Shown piece by piece: positions 9,269-19,463 of a stretch of DNA of 44,187 nt. Every line of letters starts with the position of its first letter. The stretch's first letter is position 1. The position numbers and the translations under genes were made by a program. The DNA lies in assembly GCA_029098125.1 (NCBI GenBank), contig JAQXNS010000135.1:1-44187 (forward strand), written 5' to 3'. The DNA is from a bacterium (lineage in GTDB: Bacteria > Bacillota_I > Bacilli_A > RFN20 > CAG-826). The notes beneath the pieces were generated by a model that worked only from the letters and a program-made list of their open reading frames with translations, did no database searches and was not told the origin of the DNA.

Positions 9269-11176
9269 TTATTTATTTGGATGTGAATATTTAAATATGC
9301 AAGCTGCAAATGGAGCAAGTTTAATAGTGATTTTATGTGGCTTATTTTCTGGTCCATAGTAATATGACATTACTTCTACACCATTATATGCATTTGATCC
9401 GCCATAAACATCTTTGTCACTATTAAAAATTTCTTTATAAGTGCCTTCTCTTGTTACACCAATATCATAATTTTCATAATAATTTGGTGTCATGTTATAA
9501 ACAAATACTAAATGAGAATCTCCAACTCTTCTTTCAAAAGCAAAAACTGAATCATTTTTGTTATCAACCATTAACCAATTGAAGTGGGCTGGATTGTGTT
9601 CTTCAAAATGCATTGCAGCTTCTGCTTTATAAATTAAATTTAAATCTCTAATCATTCTTGAGACAGAATCATGTTTTGGATAACGTTTTAATTCCCATGG
9701 AAGTGATTTTGTTTCATTCCATTCATCCCAACTTGCAAGTTCGTTACCCATAAAGTTAAGTTTTTTACCTGGGTGACCATATTGATATGCATATAAATTT
9801 CTAACTAAAGCAAATTTATTGCCATAATCACCCCACATTTTATTAATAATTGTGCCTTTCCCATGAACAACTTCATCATGTGATAATGGGAGCATAAAAT
9901 TTTCACTAAAGAAATATGCCATTGAGAATGTAAGCTTATTGTGATCATATTTCTTATAAATTGGATCAAGACCATAATATTTTAATGTATCATTCATCCA
10001 ACCTAAGTCCCATTTATAGTCAAATCCTAATCCACCATACTCTAATGGACGAGTTACACCAGTAAAATCAGTTGAATCTTCAGCAATCATCATTAAAGAA
10101 TCATGTGCATAATGTAGTTTTCCATTTAAACGACGAATGAATTCTGTTGCGCCATAATTTTCGCCATTATTTTTATTTCCATCCCAGAAAACAATATTAC
10201 TAACAGCATCGACTCTAATTCCATCAACATGGAAATATGTTGCAAAAAAGTTCATTGCACTCATTAAAAAGCTTCTAACTGGATCTTTTCCAAGATCAAA
10301 TTGATAGCTTCCCCAAGGTGAGAATTTATGTGAATCGCCATATTCATACATTGGTGAACCATCAAAATCACCAAGAGCCCATGGATCTGTTGCAAAATGA
10401 ACAGGAGCAAAATCTAAAATTACACCAATTCCAGCTTGATGTAATCTATCAATTAATGACATCAATTGCATTGGATTTCCATAACGTGAATCAACTGAGA
10501 AAAATCCAGTTGCTTGATAGCCCCAACTTCCATCAAATGGATATTGACAAAGTGGCATAAACTCAACATGAGTATAGCCAAGTTCTTTAACATAAGGAAT
10601 TAAATAATCAGCAATTTCTTCATAAGATAAATTACGATTATCAACTTTTCCTTTCCAACTACCAAGATGCATTTCATAAATGCTCATTGGTTGGTCAAAA
10701 TTTCTTGTTCTTGTCTTTAAAAATGGTGCATCATGCCATTGAAAACCTTCATAATTAAATAATCTTGAACATGTTCCAGGTCTATATTCACTTAAAAATG
10801 CAAATGGATCAGCTTTATCAACATATTCACCACGAGCATTTCTAAAATGAAACTTATAAACTGAATAATTGTGTAAATTAGGAATAAAAGTTTCAAAAAC
10901 CCCAGCATCATCGATTTTTTCCATCTTATTTGCTGTTGGATTCCGATTATTAAAATCTCCAATTACACTTACATCGCTTGCTAAAGGTGCATAAAGTCTA
11001 AAAATAACACCTTCTATTGTTTTATGTGAAGCAACTTCTTTAAATCTAGTTGGATCTTTTTTTAAAGGAACCTTAACATATTCTTTTCTTTGAATTTTTG
11101 TAAAGTGTGCACCAAAATATCTAAAACCATCAATGCATTGACCATTCAAATATTCATTAAGCAAACCAAAAGCCAT
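9269..11176 (-). CDS. glgB: 1,4-alpha-glucan branching enzyme (GH13)
   Basis: IYEMHLGSW, SWGYQ.TG, DGIRVDAV, IAEDST, LSHDEVVHGK. Confidence 0.94.
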   Translation of the reverse strand: MAFGLLNEYLNGQCIDGFRYFGAHFTKIQRKEYVKVPLKKDPTRFKEVASHKTIEGVIFRLYAPLASDVSVIGDFNNRNPTANKMEKIDDAGVFETFIPNLHNYSVYKFHFRNARGEYVDKADPFAFLSEYRPGTCSRLFNYEGFQWHDAPFLKTRTRNFDQPMSIYEMHLGSWKGKVDNRNLSYEEIADYLIPYVKELGYTHVEFMPLCQYPFDGSWGYQATGFFSVDSRYGNPMQLMSLIDRLHQAGIGVILDFAPVHFATDPWALGDFDGSPMYEYGDSHKFSPWGSYQFDLGKDPVRSFLMSAMNFFATYFHVDGIRVDAVSNIVFWDGNKNNGENYGATEFIRRLNGKLHYAHDSLMMIAEDSTDFTGVTRPLEYGGLGFDYKWDLGWMNDTLKYYGLDPIYKKYDHNKLTFSMAYFFSENFMLPLSHDEVVHGKGTIINKMWGDYGNKFALVRNLYAYQYGHPGKKLNFMGNELASWDEWNETKSLPWELKRYPKHDSVSRMIRDLNLIYKAEAAMHFEEHNPAHFNWLMVDNKNDSVFAFERRVGDSHLVFVYNMTPNYYENYDIGVTREGTYKEIFNSDKDVYGGSNAYNGVEVMSYYYGPENKPHKITIKLAPFAACIFKYSHPNK

Positions 11177-11552
11177 ATGTAACCTCCGAATATATTAAAT
11201 ATATTATAAGAAAATTTTTGCAATATTAAAAATGAATTTTAAAAATCGAATTAAAAATATTTCATTTTCTGAAAATTTTACATTTTTATTTTCATAAAGT
11301 ATATTTTTTATGGAAATTAATGTATTAAAAGTCACGAATTAAATCGAAAAATTTCAATTTTAAATTGCTAATGAAAAAATGAAAAAATATTATGAAAAAG
11401 TTTTTTAAATAATATAAATTTTTACAGTGTCAAAATATATTTTTCATTGTTTTACGCCCTAAGCATAAATTTTTTGCATTAAGCAATATATTACTTATAT
11501 TTTACAAATATAAAGTTTATAATATTAAGGCTTTAGACAAAGGAGAAGATGA

Positions 11553-12749
11553 ATGAAAAAAGTTATGGCTGTTAACTGTGGTTCAAGCAGTGTTAAATTT
11601 AAATTATATGAAATGCCTGAAGAAACAGTTATTTGTTCAGGAATTGTTGAACGTATCGGACACGACGATGCTATTTTTACTATCAAATACGAAGACAAAA
11701 AAGATACTGTAATTATCCCAGTAAAAGATCATGCTGTTGCAGTTGAAAATGTTTTAAATGCTTTAATCGAAAAATCAATCATTAAATCATTAGATGATAT
11801 CAAGGCTGTTGGACATAGAGTTGTCCAAGGTGGTGCTTATTTTGATAAAAGTGAACCATGGAATGATGATACTTACTCAAAAGTAGAAAGTTTGATTCCA
11901 CTCGCTCCACTTCACAATAAGGCTCACTTAGTTGGATATAATGCATTCAAAAAAGTATTGCCTAACGTACCACAAATTGCTGTTTTTGATACAGCTTTCC
12001 ATCAATCAATGGATGCAGAAGATTATACATTCCCAATTCCATATGAATATACAGAAAAATATCAAATTAGAAGATATGGCGCACACGGAACAAGTCACAA
12101 ATATTTAAGTCAAGAAGGTAGAAAATACTTAGAAAATCCAGAAAATGACAGAATGATTATTTGCCATTTAGGTAGCGGCGCATCAATTACTGCAACTAGA
12201 CATGGAAAATGTGTTGCAACTTCAATGGGTTTAACACCACTTGGTGGAATTATGATGAATACAAGAACTGGAGATATGGATCCAAGCGTTTTCTATCAAA
12301 TTCAAGCAATGACTGGAAAAGGTTATGAAGAAATTTTCCAAGAAATGAATAAAAAAAGTGGTTTACTTGGCGTCAGCGGTATCTCAAATGATTCACGTGA
12401 TGTTGAAAATGCTGCAAAAAATGGTGATCCACGTGCAATTCTTGCTATAAAACTTTGGGCAAGAAGAATCGCTGATTACATTGGACAATATTATGTTCGT
12501 TTAGGCGGCTGTGATCTTATTATCTTCTCAGCAGGTATTGGAGAAAATTCAAGTGAATTTAGAGAAGCTGCAATTAAAAATATCGAAGAAGCTCTTAACG
12601 TCAGACTTGATGAAGAAGCTAACAAAAATACAAACAGAGGCAAAGAAGGAATTATTTCTTTACCATCATCAAAAATTAAAATCGTTGTCATTCCAACAGA
12701 TGAGGAAGTTATGATTGCTCGTGACGCCTATGATATTTGCTTAAAATAG
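11553..12749 (+). CDS. ackA: Acetate kinase
   Basis: NCGSSSVK, GHRVVQGG, APLHN, FDTAFHQ, CHLGSGAS, PTDEE. Confidence 0.96.
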   Translation: MKKVMAVNCGSSSVKFKLYEMPEETVICSGIVERIGHDDAIFTIKYEDKKDTVIIPVKDHAVAVENVLNALIEKSIIKSLDDIKAVGHRVVQGGAYFDKSEPWNDDTYSKVESLIPLAPLHNKAHLVGYNAFKKVLPNVPQIAVFDTAFHQSMDAEDYTFPIPYEYTEKYQIRRYGAHGTSHKYLSQEGRKYLENPENDRMIICHLGSGASITATRHGKCVATSMGLTPLGGIMMNTRTGDMDPSVFYQIQAMTGKGYEEIFQEMNKKSGLLGVSGISNDSRDVENAAKNGDPRAILAIKLWARRIADYIGQYYVRLGGCDLIIFSAGIGENSSEFREAAIKNIEEALNVRLDEEANKNTNRGKEGIISLPSSKIKIVVIPTDEEVMIARDAYDICLK

Positions 12750-12758
12750 GTTTTCAAA

Positions 12759-13769
12759 ATGTTTAATAAAGATAACGAAGTTAAAAAAATAGGTAAAAAT
12801 TTTAAAAAAGAATACGCTTTAGTCTTAAAAAAGATTAAAGAATATGATGAAATTGCAATTTTTAGACATATTCGCCCAGATTTTGATGCTTTAGGTACAC
12901 AATTTGGTTTAGCAACATGGATTAAAGACAATTTCCCAAACAAAACTGTTAAAGTTTTTGGAGATAATCACGTCACTTTTACTCCAAATGGACTTTTTAA
13001 AGAAACAGATAAAGAAAATGATGATTGGTTTTCAAGTCATAAATTTTTAGCAATCATTGTTGATGTTGGTGATCAAAAAAGAATCGCTGATCCACGTTTT
13101 TTGAAAGCAGATTATAAAATTAAAATCGATCATCACCCAGTTACAGATAAAATTTTTGATGTTGATATCACAAACACAAAAATGGCAGCTGCAAGTGAAC
13201 TTGTGTTAAATATGCTTTTAAATTTTAAAGGCAATTATATTTTGTCAAAAGAAGCTGCAAAGAATTTTTATATCGCACTTGTTGGAGATAGTGGCAGATT
13301 TATGTATAATTCCACCACTGCTCACACTTTTGAGGTTAGTAAAATCTTATTAAATTCAGGAATTAACATTGTCAATATTTATAATTTAATGTATCAAAAA
13401 GATGTTGATGATTTAGAAGTTACTAAATTTATTTTAAATTCATATAAAGTTTCTCCACATGGCGTTGCTTATTATGTTTTAAATGCCGAAGATTTAGTTA
13501 GATTAAAAATCACAACTGAAAGAGGCAAAGAAAACGTTAATTTGTTCTCAAATATTAAAGGAATTAATGTTTGGTGTTCAATAACAGAAGATACAACCGA
13601 GCCATGTTATAGAATTTCAATTCGTTCAAGATACTACACAATCAACGGTGTTGCTCAAGAATTTAAAGGTGGAGGCCATGCTCAAGCAGCAGGTGCTCAA
13701 ATAAAAGACTTAACTGAACTTGATTCTTTTATTTCACGTCTTGATGAACTTGTCGTAACAGGTAAATAA
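12759..13769 (+). CDS. nrnA: DHH/DHHA1 phosphoesterase (NrnA-like nanoRNase/pAp phosphatase)
   Basis: H.RPDFDA, IDHH, GDSGRF, SIRS, GGGHAQAAG. Confidence 0.85.
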   Translation: MFNKDNEVKKIGKNFKKEYALVLKKIKEYDEIAIFRHIRPDFDALGTQFGLATWIKDNFPNKTVKVFGDNHVTFTPNGLFKETDKENDDWFSSHKFLAIIVDVGDQKRIADPRFLKADYKIKIDHHPVTDKIFDVDITNTKMAAASELVLNMLLNFKGNYILSKEAAKNFYIALVGDSGRFMYNSTTAHTFEVSKILLNSGINIVNIYNLMYQKDVDDLEVTKFILNSYKVSPHGVAYYVLNAEDLVRLKITTERGKENVNLFSNIKGINVWCSITEDTTEPCYRISIRSRYYTINGVAQEFKGGGHAQAAGAQIKDLTELDSFISRLDELVVTGK

Positions 13770-13770
13770 G

Positions 13771-16700
13771 ATGAATTTTGTCCCGCTTCATATCCGAACT
13801 GGATATAGCTTTTTAAAAAGCTCGATTAGAATAGAAAAATTATTCGAAAAAGCCAAAAATTTAGGATATGAAGCGCTTGGACTTTGCGATTTAAGTAATT
13901 TTTACGCTTTACCAAAATTTGATAAATGCGCAAAAAGTTATAAATTTGGTTCGATTTATGGAACAGAAATAAAAATTGAATCAAATATTCTTTCTTTTTA
14001 TGCTCTAAATGAAGAAGGATATCGAAACATCAATAAAATTATTTCTTTATCATCTAAAAAATCTTTAGATTATAAAGAAATAACTTTTGAAGATATCAAA
14101 GAATATAACTCTGGAATTGCTTTAGTTATCTCAACTGATAATGAAATTTTTAATGCAGTTAATGAAAAATTAAAAGAATACATAAAAAATCTTAAAAATC
14201 TCTATCCTATTATATATATAGGAATAGAAATTTATGATTTTAAAGATAAAGCACACATTGATTTAATTAGAGATTTTGCTTTAAGCAACAACATCAACAC
14301 TTTTGCTTTTCCAAAAATTTATTATCTAAATAAAGAAGAAGCAATTTCTCTCGATATTTTAAAAGCAATTGAAGAAAATACCCAACTTTTTGATAATTTA
14401 AAACCAACTTTTACTGAATATTATTTAAAAAGTGAAGAAGAATATAGTACTTATTACACAAAAGAAGAGCTTTCGAATACGAAAAAATTCTTACTTTCAT
14501 CAGACTTTGTTTTTAATAAGCCTCGTGGTGAATTAATTCATTATTTAAGTGGTAATGAAAAAGAAACAAGTGATTATTTTATTAAATTAATTAACGAAGG
14601 CGCAAAAAAGAGAAATATCGACGTAACAAATCCAATTTATAAGAATAGATTAAATAAAGAATACGTCACAATTAAAAAATTAGGTTATATAAATTATTTT
14701 TTAGTCGTTCAAGATTATGTAAATTTTGCTAAATCCAACTCAATTCCAGTTGGTCCTGGCAGAGGTTCCGCTGCTGGAAGTTTAATTTCTTATTGTCTTG
14801 GAATTACAGATGTTAATCCAATAAAATATAATCTTTTATTTGAAAGATTTTTGAATATCAAAAGAAATTCAATGCCTGATATTGATATTGATATATCAGA
14901 TGTTCGTAGAGATGAAGTTATTGCATATCTAGCAAATAAATATGGGTCAACTCGAGTAGCTCGAGTTGCAGCATTTCAAACAATTGCTGCAAAACAAGCT
15001 TTAAGAGACACAGCAAGAGTTTTAAACACTCCTTCAACTATTATTAACGATTTAAGCAAAGCTATTCCTAATAATTTTAAAGATGAAAGTTCTAAAAATT
15101 TCTCTTTAGATTACGCTTATCAAAATATTCCGGCTTTTAAAGGTTTAGTAGATAGCGATGAACAATATAAAAATATTTTTAAGATAGCGCATTATATTGA
15201 AGGTTTACCTCGTCAAAGAGGACTTCACGCTGCAGGCATTGTTTTAAACGAAGAGAATTTACTTGGCTCTATACCTTGTGATTACATAACAGAAAATGAA
15301 CTTGTCACACAATTTGAGAAGGATTATTTAGAATCTCAAGGCTTTTTAAAGATGGATATTTTAGGTCTTTCAAACTTAACAATTATTGATAGATGTTTGA
15401 AAAATATTGAAAAAACCCTGCAGAAGTCCATTAAAATGGAAGAAATCCCATTTGAAGACCCTGATATTTTTAAGCTAATTAACAACTTTACAACCATGGG
15501 AATTTTCCAATTAGATACTAGCGCTTCATTAAATGCACTTTTAAATATTCGACCAAAAAATTTCTTAGAAGTCGTTGCAACTATCTCTTTAGATCGTCCT
15601 GGTCCAATGCAATTTATTCCAACTTATTCAAGACGTAAAGAAGGTAAAGAAAGAATTTCATATCTATCACCAGTTCTAAAACCAATCCTTGAAGAAACAT
15701 ATGGAATCATTGTTTACCAAGAACAAATCATGCAAATCGCTCAAATCTATAGTGGCTTCACTTTTGCTGATGCTGATATTTTTAGAAAGGCAATTTCAAA
15801 AAAAGATAGAAATGAAATTTTAAAAATGAAAGCTAGTTTCATAAATGGCGCCATTAAAAAAGGACATAAAGAGCAAGAAGCAGATATTCTTTTTGAACAA
15901 ATTTTAAAATTTGCTAATTATGGTTTTAATAAATCCCATGCAGTTAGCTATGCAATGATTGCTTGCAAAGAAGCATATTTAAAATGTAAATATCCACTTC
16001 AATTTTATTCTTCGATTTTAGATCAACAATATGGTTCAAATGATGTTAAATTCTCAAAATATCTAGCTGAGATTAAAAAAATGGGAATAAAAGTTCATTT
16101 GCCTGATATAAATCACTCAACTTTAAGATTTATTTCATATGATAATGGATTATTGATGCCACTTCTTGGTATATCAAACATGCAAACAAAAACCATCTAT
16201 AACATCATTGAGGATAGAGAAAATCATGGAGAATATACTTCTTTTGTTGATTTTGTTGTAAGAATGCTCAGAACTAAAGACAAAATTAGTGAATCTCAAT
16301 TATCTAAACTTATTGATGCAGGTGCTTTTGATAGTTTATATCCAAATAGAAAATCACTCAAAATGTCAATTCCAAACGCTATTCAATATGCGCAAAACAC
16401 ATTATTTGAAGAAGGCAAATTATTAAATGATTTTGGAATCAAATTTGAAATGTTTGAAGCATACGATGATCCAATTGATCGAATTAATAACGAAGTTGAA
16501 GCACTTGGTGTAATGATTAGTGATTCGCCATTAAATCACATCGATAAAAATATCTTAAATGCTCATAAAATCACACAAATTGACAATCTAAAAATGAACA
16601 TAGAAAGCGAAATTATAGCAATTGTTCGTTCAATTAAATCAATAGTTGTTAAAAATGGCAAAGATAAAGGTAAACCAATGGCATTTTTAACAGTATTTGA

Positions 16701-16860
16701 TGAAAGTGATGAACTTGATGTTACTATTTTTAGTAGTTTATGGGCAGATTATGTAACCGAAATCAAAGAAAATTCAATCTTATTAATTAAAGGCAAGGCT
16801 GAAATTAGAAATTCAAAACCAAGTATGATTGCACGTGAAATTAAAGTTATTGAGGGCTAA
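13771..16860 (+). CDS. dnaE: DNA polymerase III alpha subunit (DnaE)
   Basis: PHP N-terminus, GPGRGSAAGS, MPDIDID, KMDILGL, YGFNKSHA, C-terminal OB fold. Confidence 0.96.
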   Translation: MNFVPLHIRTGYSFLKSSIRIEKLFEKAKNLGYEALGLCDLSNFYALPKFDKCAKSYKFGSIYGTEIKIESNILSFYALNEEGYRNINKIISLSSKKSLDYKEITFEDIKEYNSGIALVISTDNEIFNAVNEKLKEYIKNLKNLYPIIYIGIEIYDFKDKAHIDLIRDFALSNNINTFAFPKIYYLNKEEAISLDILKAIEENTQLFDNLKPTFTEYYLKSEEEYSTYYTKEELSNTKKFLLSSDFVFNKPRGELIHYLSGNEKETSDYFIKLINEGAKKRNIDVTNPIYKNRLNKEYVTIKKLGYINYFLVVQDYVNFAKSNSIPVGPGRGSAAGSLISYCLGITDVNPIKYNLLFERFLNIKRNSMPDIDIDISDVRRDEVIAYLANKYGSTRVARVAAFQTIAAKQALRDTARVLNTPSTIINDLSKAIPNNFKDESSKNFSLDYAYQNIPAFKGLVDSDEQYKNIFKIAHYIEGLPRQRGLHAAGIVLNEENLLGSIPCDYITENELVTQFEKDYLESQGFLKMDILGLSNLTIIDRCLKNIEKTLQKSIKMEEIPFEDPDIFKLINNFTTMGIFQLDTSASLNALLNIRPKNFLEVVATISLDRPGPMQFIPTYSRRKEGKERISYLSPVLKPILEETYGIIVYQEQIMQIAQIYSGFTFADADIFRKAISKKDRNEILKMKASFINGAIKKGHKEQEADILFEQILKFANYGFNKSHAVSYAMIACKEAYLKCKYPLQFYSSILDQQYGSNDVKFSKYLAEIKKMGIKVHLPDINHSTLRFISYDNGLLMPLLGISNMQTKTIYNIIEDRENHGEYTSFVDFVVRMLRTKDKISESQLSKLIDAGAFDSLYPNRKSLKMSIPNAIQYAQNTLFEEGKLLNDFGIKFEMFEAYDDPIDRINNEVEALGVMISDSPLNHIDKNILNAHKITQIDNLKMNIESEIIAIVRSIKSIVVKNGKDKGKPMAFLTVFDESDELDVTIFSSLWADYVTEIKENSILLIKGKAEIRNSKPSMIAREIKVIEG
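15411..15425 (+). repeat. Dispersed 15-bp motif, copy 2 (inside dnaE)
   Basis: Exact AAAAACCCTGCAGAA, read as K-T-L-Q-K with ACC CTG CAG codons. Confidence 0.93.
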
Positions 16861-16863
16861 AAA

Positions 16864-19461
16864 ATGAGTAAAATTATAATCATCGACGGAAATAGTTTAT
16901 TATTTAGAGCATTTTATGCAACTTATCTTGATAAAGATAAAATCATGAGAACAAAAACTGGACAAGCAACTAATGCAATTTTTGCTTTTTCAAATATGTT
17001 AGCTCCAATTTTAACTTCATTAAAAAAGGATGATGGAATTTTTGTTGCATTTGATAAAGGTAAACACACTTTTAGACACAAAGAGTATGCTGAATACAAG
17101 GCAAATAGACCACCATGTCCAGAAGATTTATTGACACAAATGCCAATTGCAAGAGAACTTTTAGACAAGCTTGGAATCAAACATTATGAAGATGACAATC
17201 TCGAAGCTGATGATATTTGCGGAATTCTAGCAAAAAAAGCTGAAAAATTAGGCTATGAGGTCTTAATTTATACAAGCGATAAAGATTATTTGCAACTAAT
17301 TGACGACCATATCACAATCGAATTAATCAAAAAAGGTTTAAAAGATATAAAAGAAATGACTCCAACTTCATTTAAAGAAGAATGGGGTTTTGATCCAATT
17401 CAAATTACCGATTATAAAGGATTAAGAGGCGATGACAGCGATAATTTAAAAGGAATTCCTGGAGTTGGTGATAAAACCGCAAAAGATTTAATCACTCGTT
17501 TTCATAATTTAGAAAATATTATCGCTAATGCTGACACAAAAACAAAAGTTGGAAGAAATATCATTGAATTCCAAGATAACGGTAGACTATGTAAACGTCT
17601 TAGTGAGATTGCAGTTAATGAAGAAATTCCTGTTTCAATTGAAGAAGTATTATATAAAGGATATGACTTTAATGAGATTAGCGAATTTTCAACTCACTAT
17701 GAATTTAAGTATCTTCTTCCAAAATTACCAAAGAATTTTAGAAAGGAAAATACAAAACAAAAAGTCATAACTTTTGAAGAAATAGAGAACGCAGATGAGA
17801 TAGAAATTAAGGACGAAATTGCTCTTTTTGTTGACATCGAAAATGTCAATTATCATGAGGCAGAAATGAATGGTTTAGGCTTCGTTGCAAATGATAAAAA
17901 CTACTACATTTCTTTAAAAAACCTTGCAAAAAGCCAACATTTTTTGCAAATTCTAAAAAATCCAGCCATCAAAAAATATACTTTTGATTACAAAAAAGTA
18001 AGCGTTGTTTTAAAAAATAATAACATCGAAATTGATGGTTTATACTTTGATTTGTTGCTTGCAACTTACCTCATTGATTCATCACTTTCTAACGATATCG
18101 AAAGCGTTTTAGCTTACTATAAAGTTGATATTTCTTACGCATATAAAAACCAAGATTTGCTCTTTAACAACTCGTCAAAATTAGTCAGCGTCATCACTGC
18201 ATATTACTCAAAAGAACTATATCAAGAAGTAAAAGAAAAATTAGTTTCGCTCAACCAATATGAACTTTTAACAAATATTGAACAACCACTTACGATAGTT
18301 TTAAGCAGTATGGAAAGTGAAGGTTTTCCACTAAGTAAAGAAAAATTATTAGAATTTAAAACTGGCTACCAAGAAAAAGTCGATACATTGCAAAAAGAAA
18401 TTTATAGTTTGGCTAACGAAGAATTTAATATTAATTCTCCTAAGCAAGTTGGTGTAATTCTTTATGAAAAACTTGGCTTAACAAGCAACAAAAAAGGCTC
18501 AACAAGTGTTGAATATCTTTCTCAAATTAAATATGAACATCCAATTGTTTCAAAAATTCTTGAATATAGAAAATATCAAAAATTAATTTCAACATACATT
18601 GATGGTTTTATTCCATTTATTCAAAAAGATGGAAAAGTTCATCCAACTTTCAATCAAGCCTTAACTTCAACTGGAAGATTAAGTTGCAGCGAACCAAATT
18701 TACAAAACATCACAACAAGAGATGAAGAAAGCAAAAAAATAAGAGAAGCTTTTTTCTATGAAGATCCAAATTTAAATATTCTTTCTTTAGATTATTCTCA
18801 AATCGAATTAAGAATTCTTGCTTCTTTATCAAATTCAAAATCCTTAATCGACGCATTTAATAATAATTTAGATATTCACGCAGAAACTGCAAAAAAAGTA
18901 TTTAAATTAGATAGAGAACCAACAAGCAATGAAAGAAGACAAGCAAAAGCAGTAAATTTTGGCATTGTTTATGGAATTAGTGATTGGGGTTTAAGTGAGC
19001 AACTTGATATTAGCGTTGCTGAAAGCAAAAAAATCATTACAAATTTTTATGAAGCATATCCTGAAATTAGAGATTATTTAAATGGTCTTGTTGATTTTGC
19101 AAAGGATAATGGATACGCAAAAACTATGTTTGAAAGAAGAAGATATCTTCCTGAAATTAATAGTTCGCAATACCAATTAAGAGAATTTGCAAAACGCGCT
19201 GCAATGAACGCTCCTATCCAAGGTTCCGCTGCTGATTTAATAAAAATTGCAATGATTAATGTCTACAAAGCATTAAAAGAAAACAATTATGATGCAAAAA
19301 TTGTTTCTCAAATTCACGACGAATTAATCATTAAAGTAAATGATGATGAAAAAGATAAAGTCAAAGCTCTTGTTCAATATATCATGGAACATTCAGTTAA
19401 TCTAAATGTTTCATTAAAAGTAGATGGAGGTTATGCAAAGAATTGGTTCCTTGCTAAATAA
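16864..19461 (+). CDS. polA: DNA polymerase I
   Basis: IDGNSL.FRAF 5'-3' exonuclease, EADD, TGRLS, DYSQIELR, KAVNFGIVYG, QIHDE. Confidence 0.96.
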   Translation: MSKIIIIDGNSLLFRAFYATYLDKDKIMRTKTGQATNAIFAFSNMLAPILTSLKKDDGIFVAFDKGKHTFRHKEYAEYKANRPPCPEDLLTQMPIARELLDKLGIKHYEDDNLEADDICGILAKKAEKLGYEVLIYTSDKDYLQLIDDHITIELIKKGLKDIKEMTPTSFKEEWGFDPIQITDYKGLRGDDSDNLKGIPGVGDKTAKDLITRFHNLENIIANADTKTKVGRNIIEFQDNGRLCKRLSEIAVNEEIPVSIEEVLYKGYDFNEISEFSTHYEFKYLLPKLPKNFRKENTKQKVITFEEIENADEIEIKDEIALFVDIENVNYHEAEMNGLGFVANDKNYYISLKNLAKSQHFLQILKNPAIKKYTFDYKKVSVVLKNNNIEIDGLYFDLLLATYLIDSSLSNDIESVLAYYKVDISYAYKNQDLLFNNSSKLVSVITAYYSKELYQEVKEKLVSLNQYELLTNIEQPLTIVLSSMESEGFPLSKEKLLEFKTGYQEKVDTLQKEIYSLANEEFNINSPKQVGVILYEKLGLTSNKKGSTSVEYLSQIKYEHPIVSKILEYRKYQKLISTYIDGFIPFIQKDGKVHPTFNQALTSTGRLSCSEPNLQNITTRDEESKKIREAFFYEDPNLNILSLDYSQIELRILASLSNSKSLIDAFNNNLDIHAETAKKVFKLDREPTSNERRQAKAVNFGIVYGISDWGLSEQLDISVAESKKIITNFYEAYPEIRDYLNGLVDFAKDNGYAKTMFERRRYLPEINSSQYQLREFAKRAAMNAPIQGSAADLIKIAMINVYKALKENNYDAKIVSQIHDELIIKVNDDEKDKVKALVQYIMEHSVNLNVSLKVDGGYAKNWFLAK

Positions 19462-19463
19462 TT

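Noticed and set aside
11516-11529. TTTATAATATTAAG shared upstream of ackA and pfkA (23266-23279) as a specific operator
   Set aside because: Adequately explained as a -10 box plus AT-rich start region.
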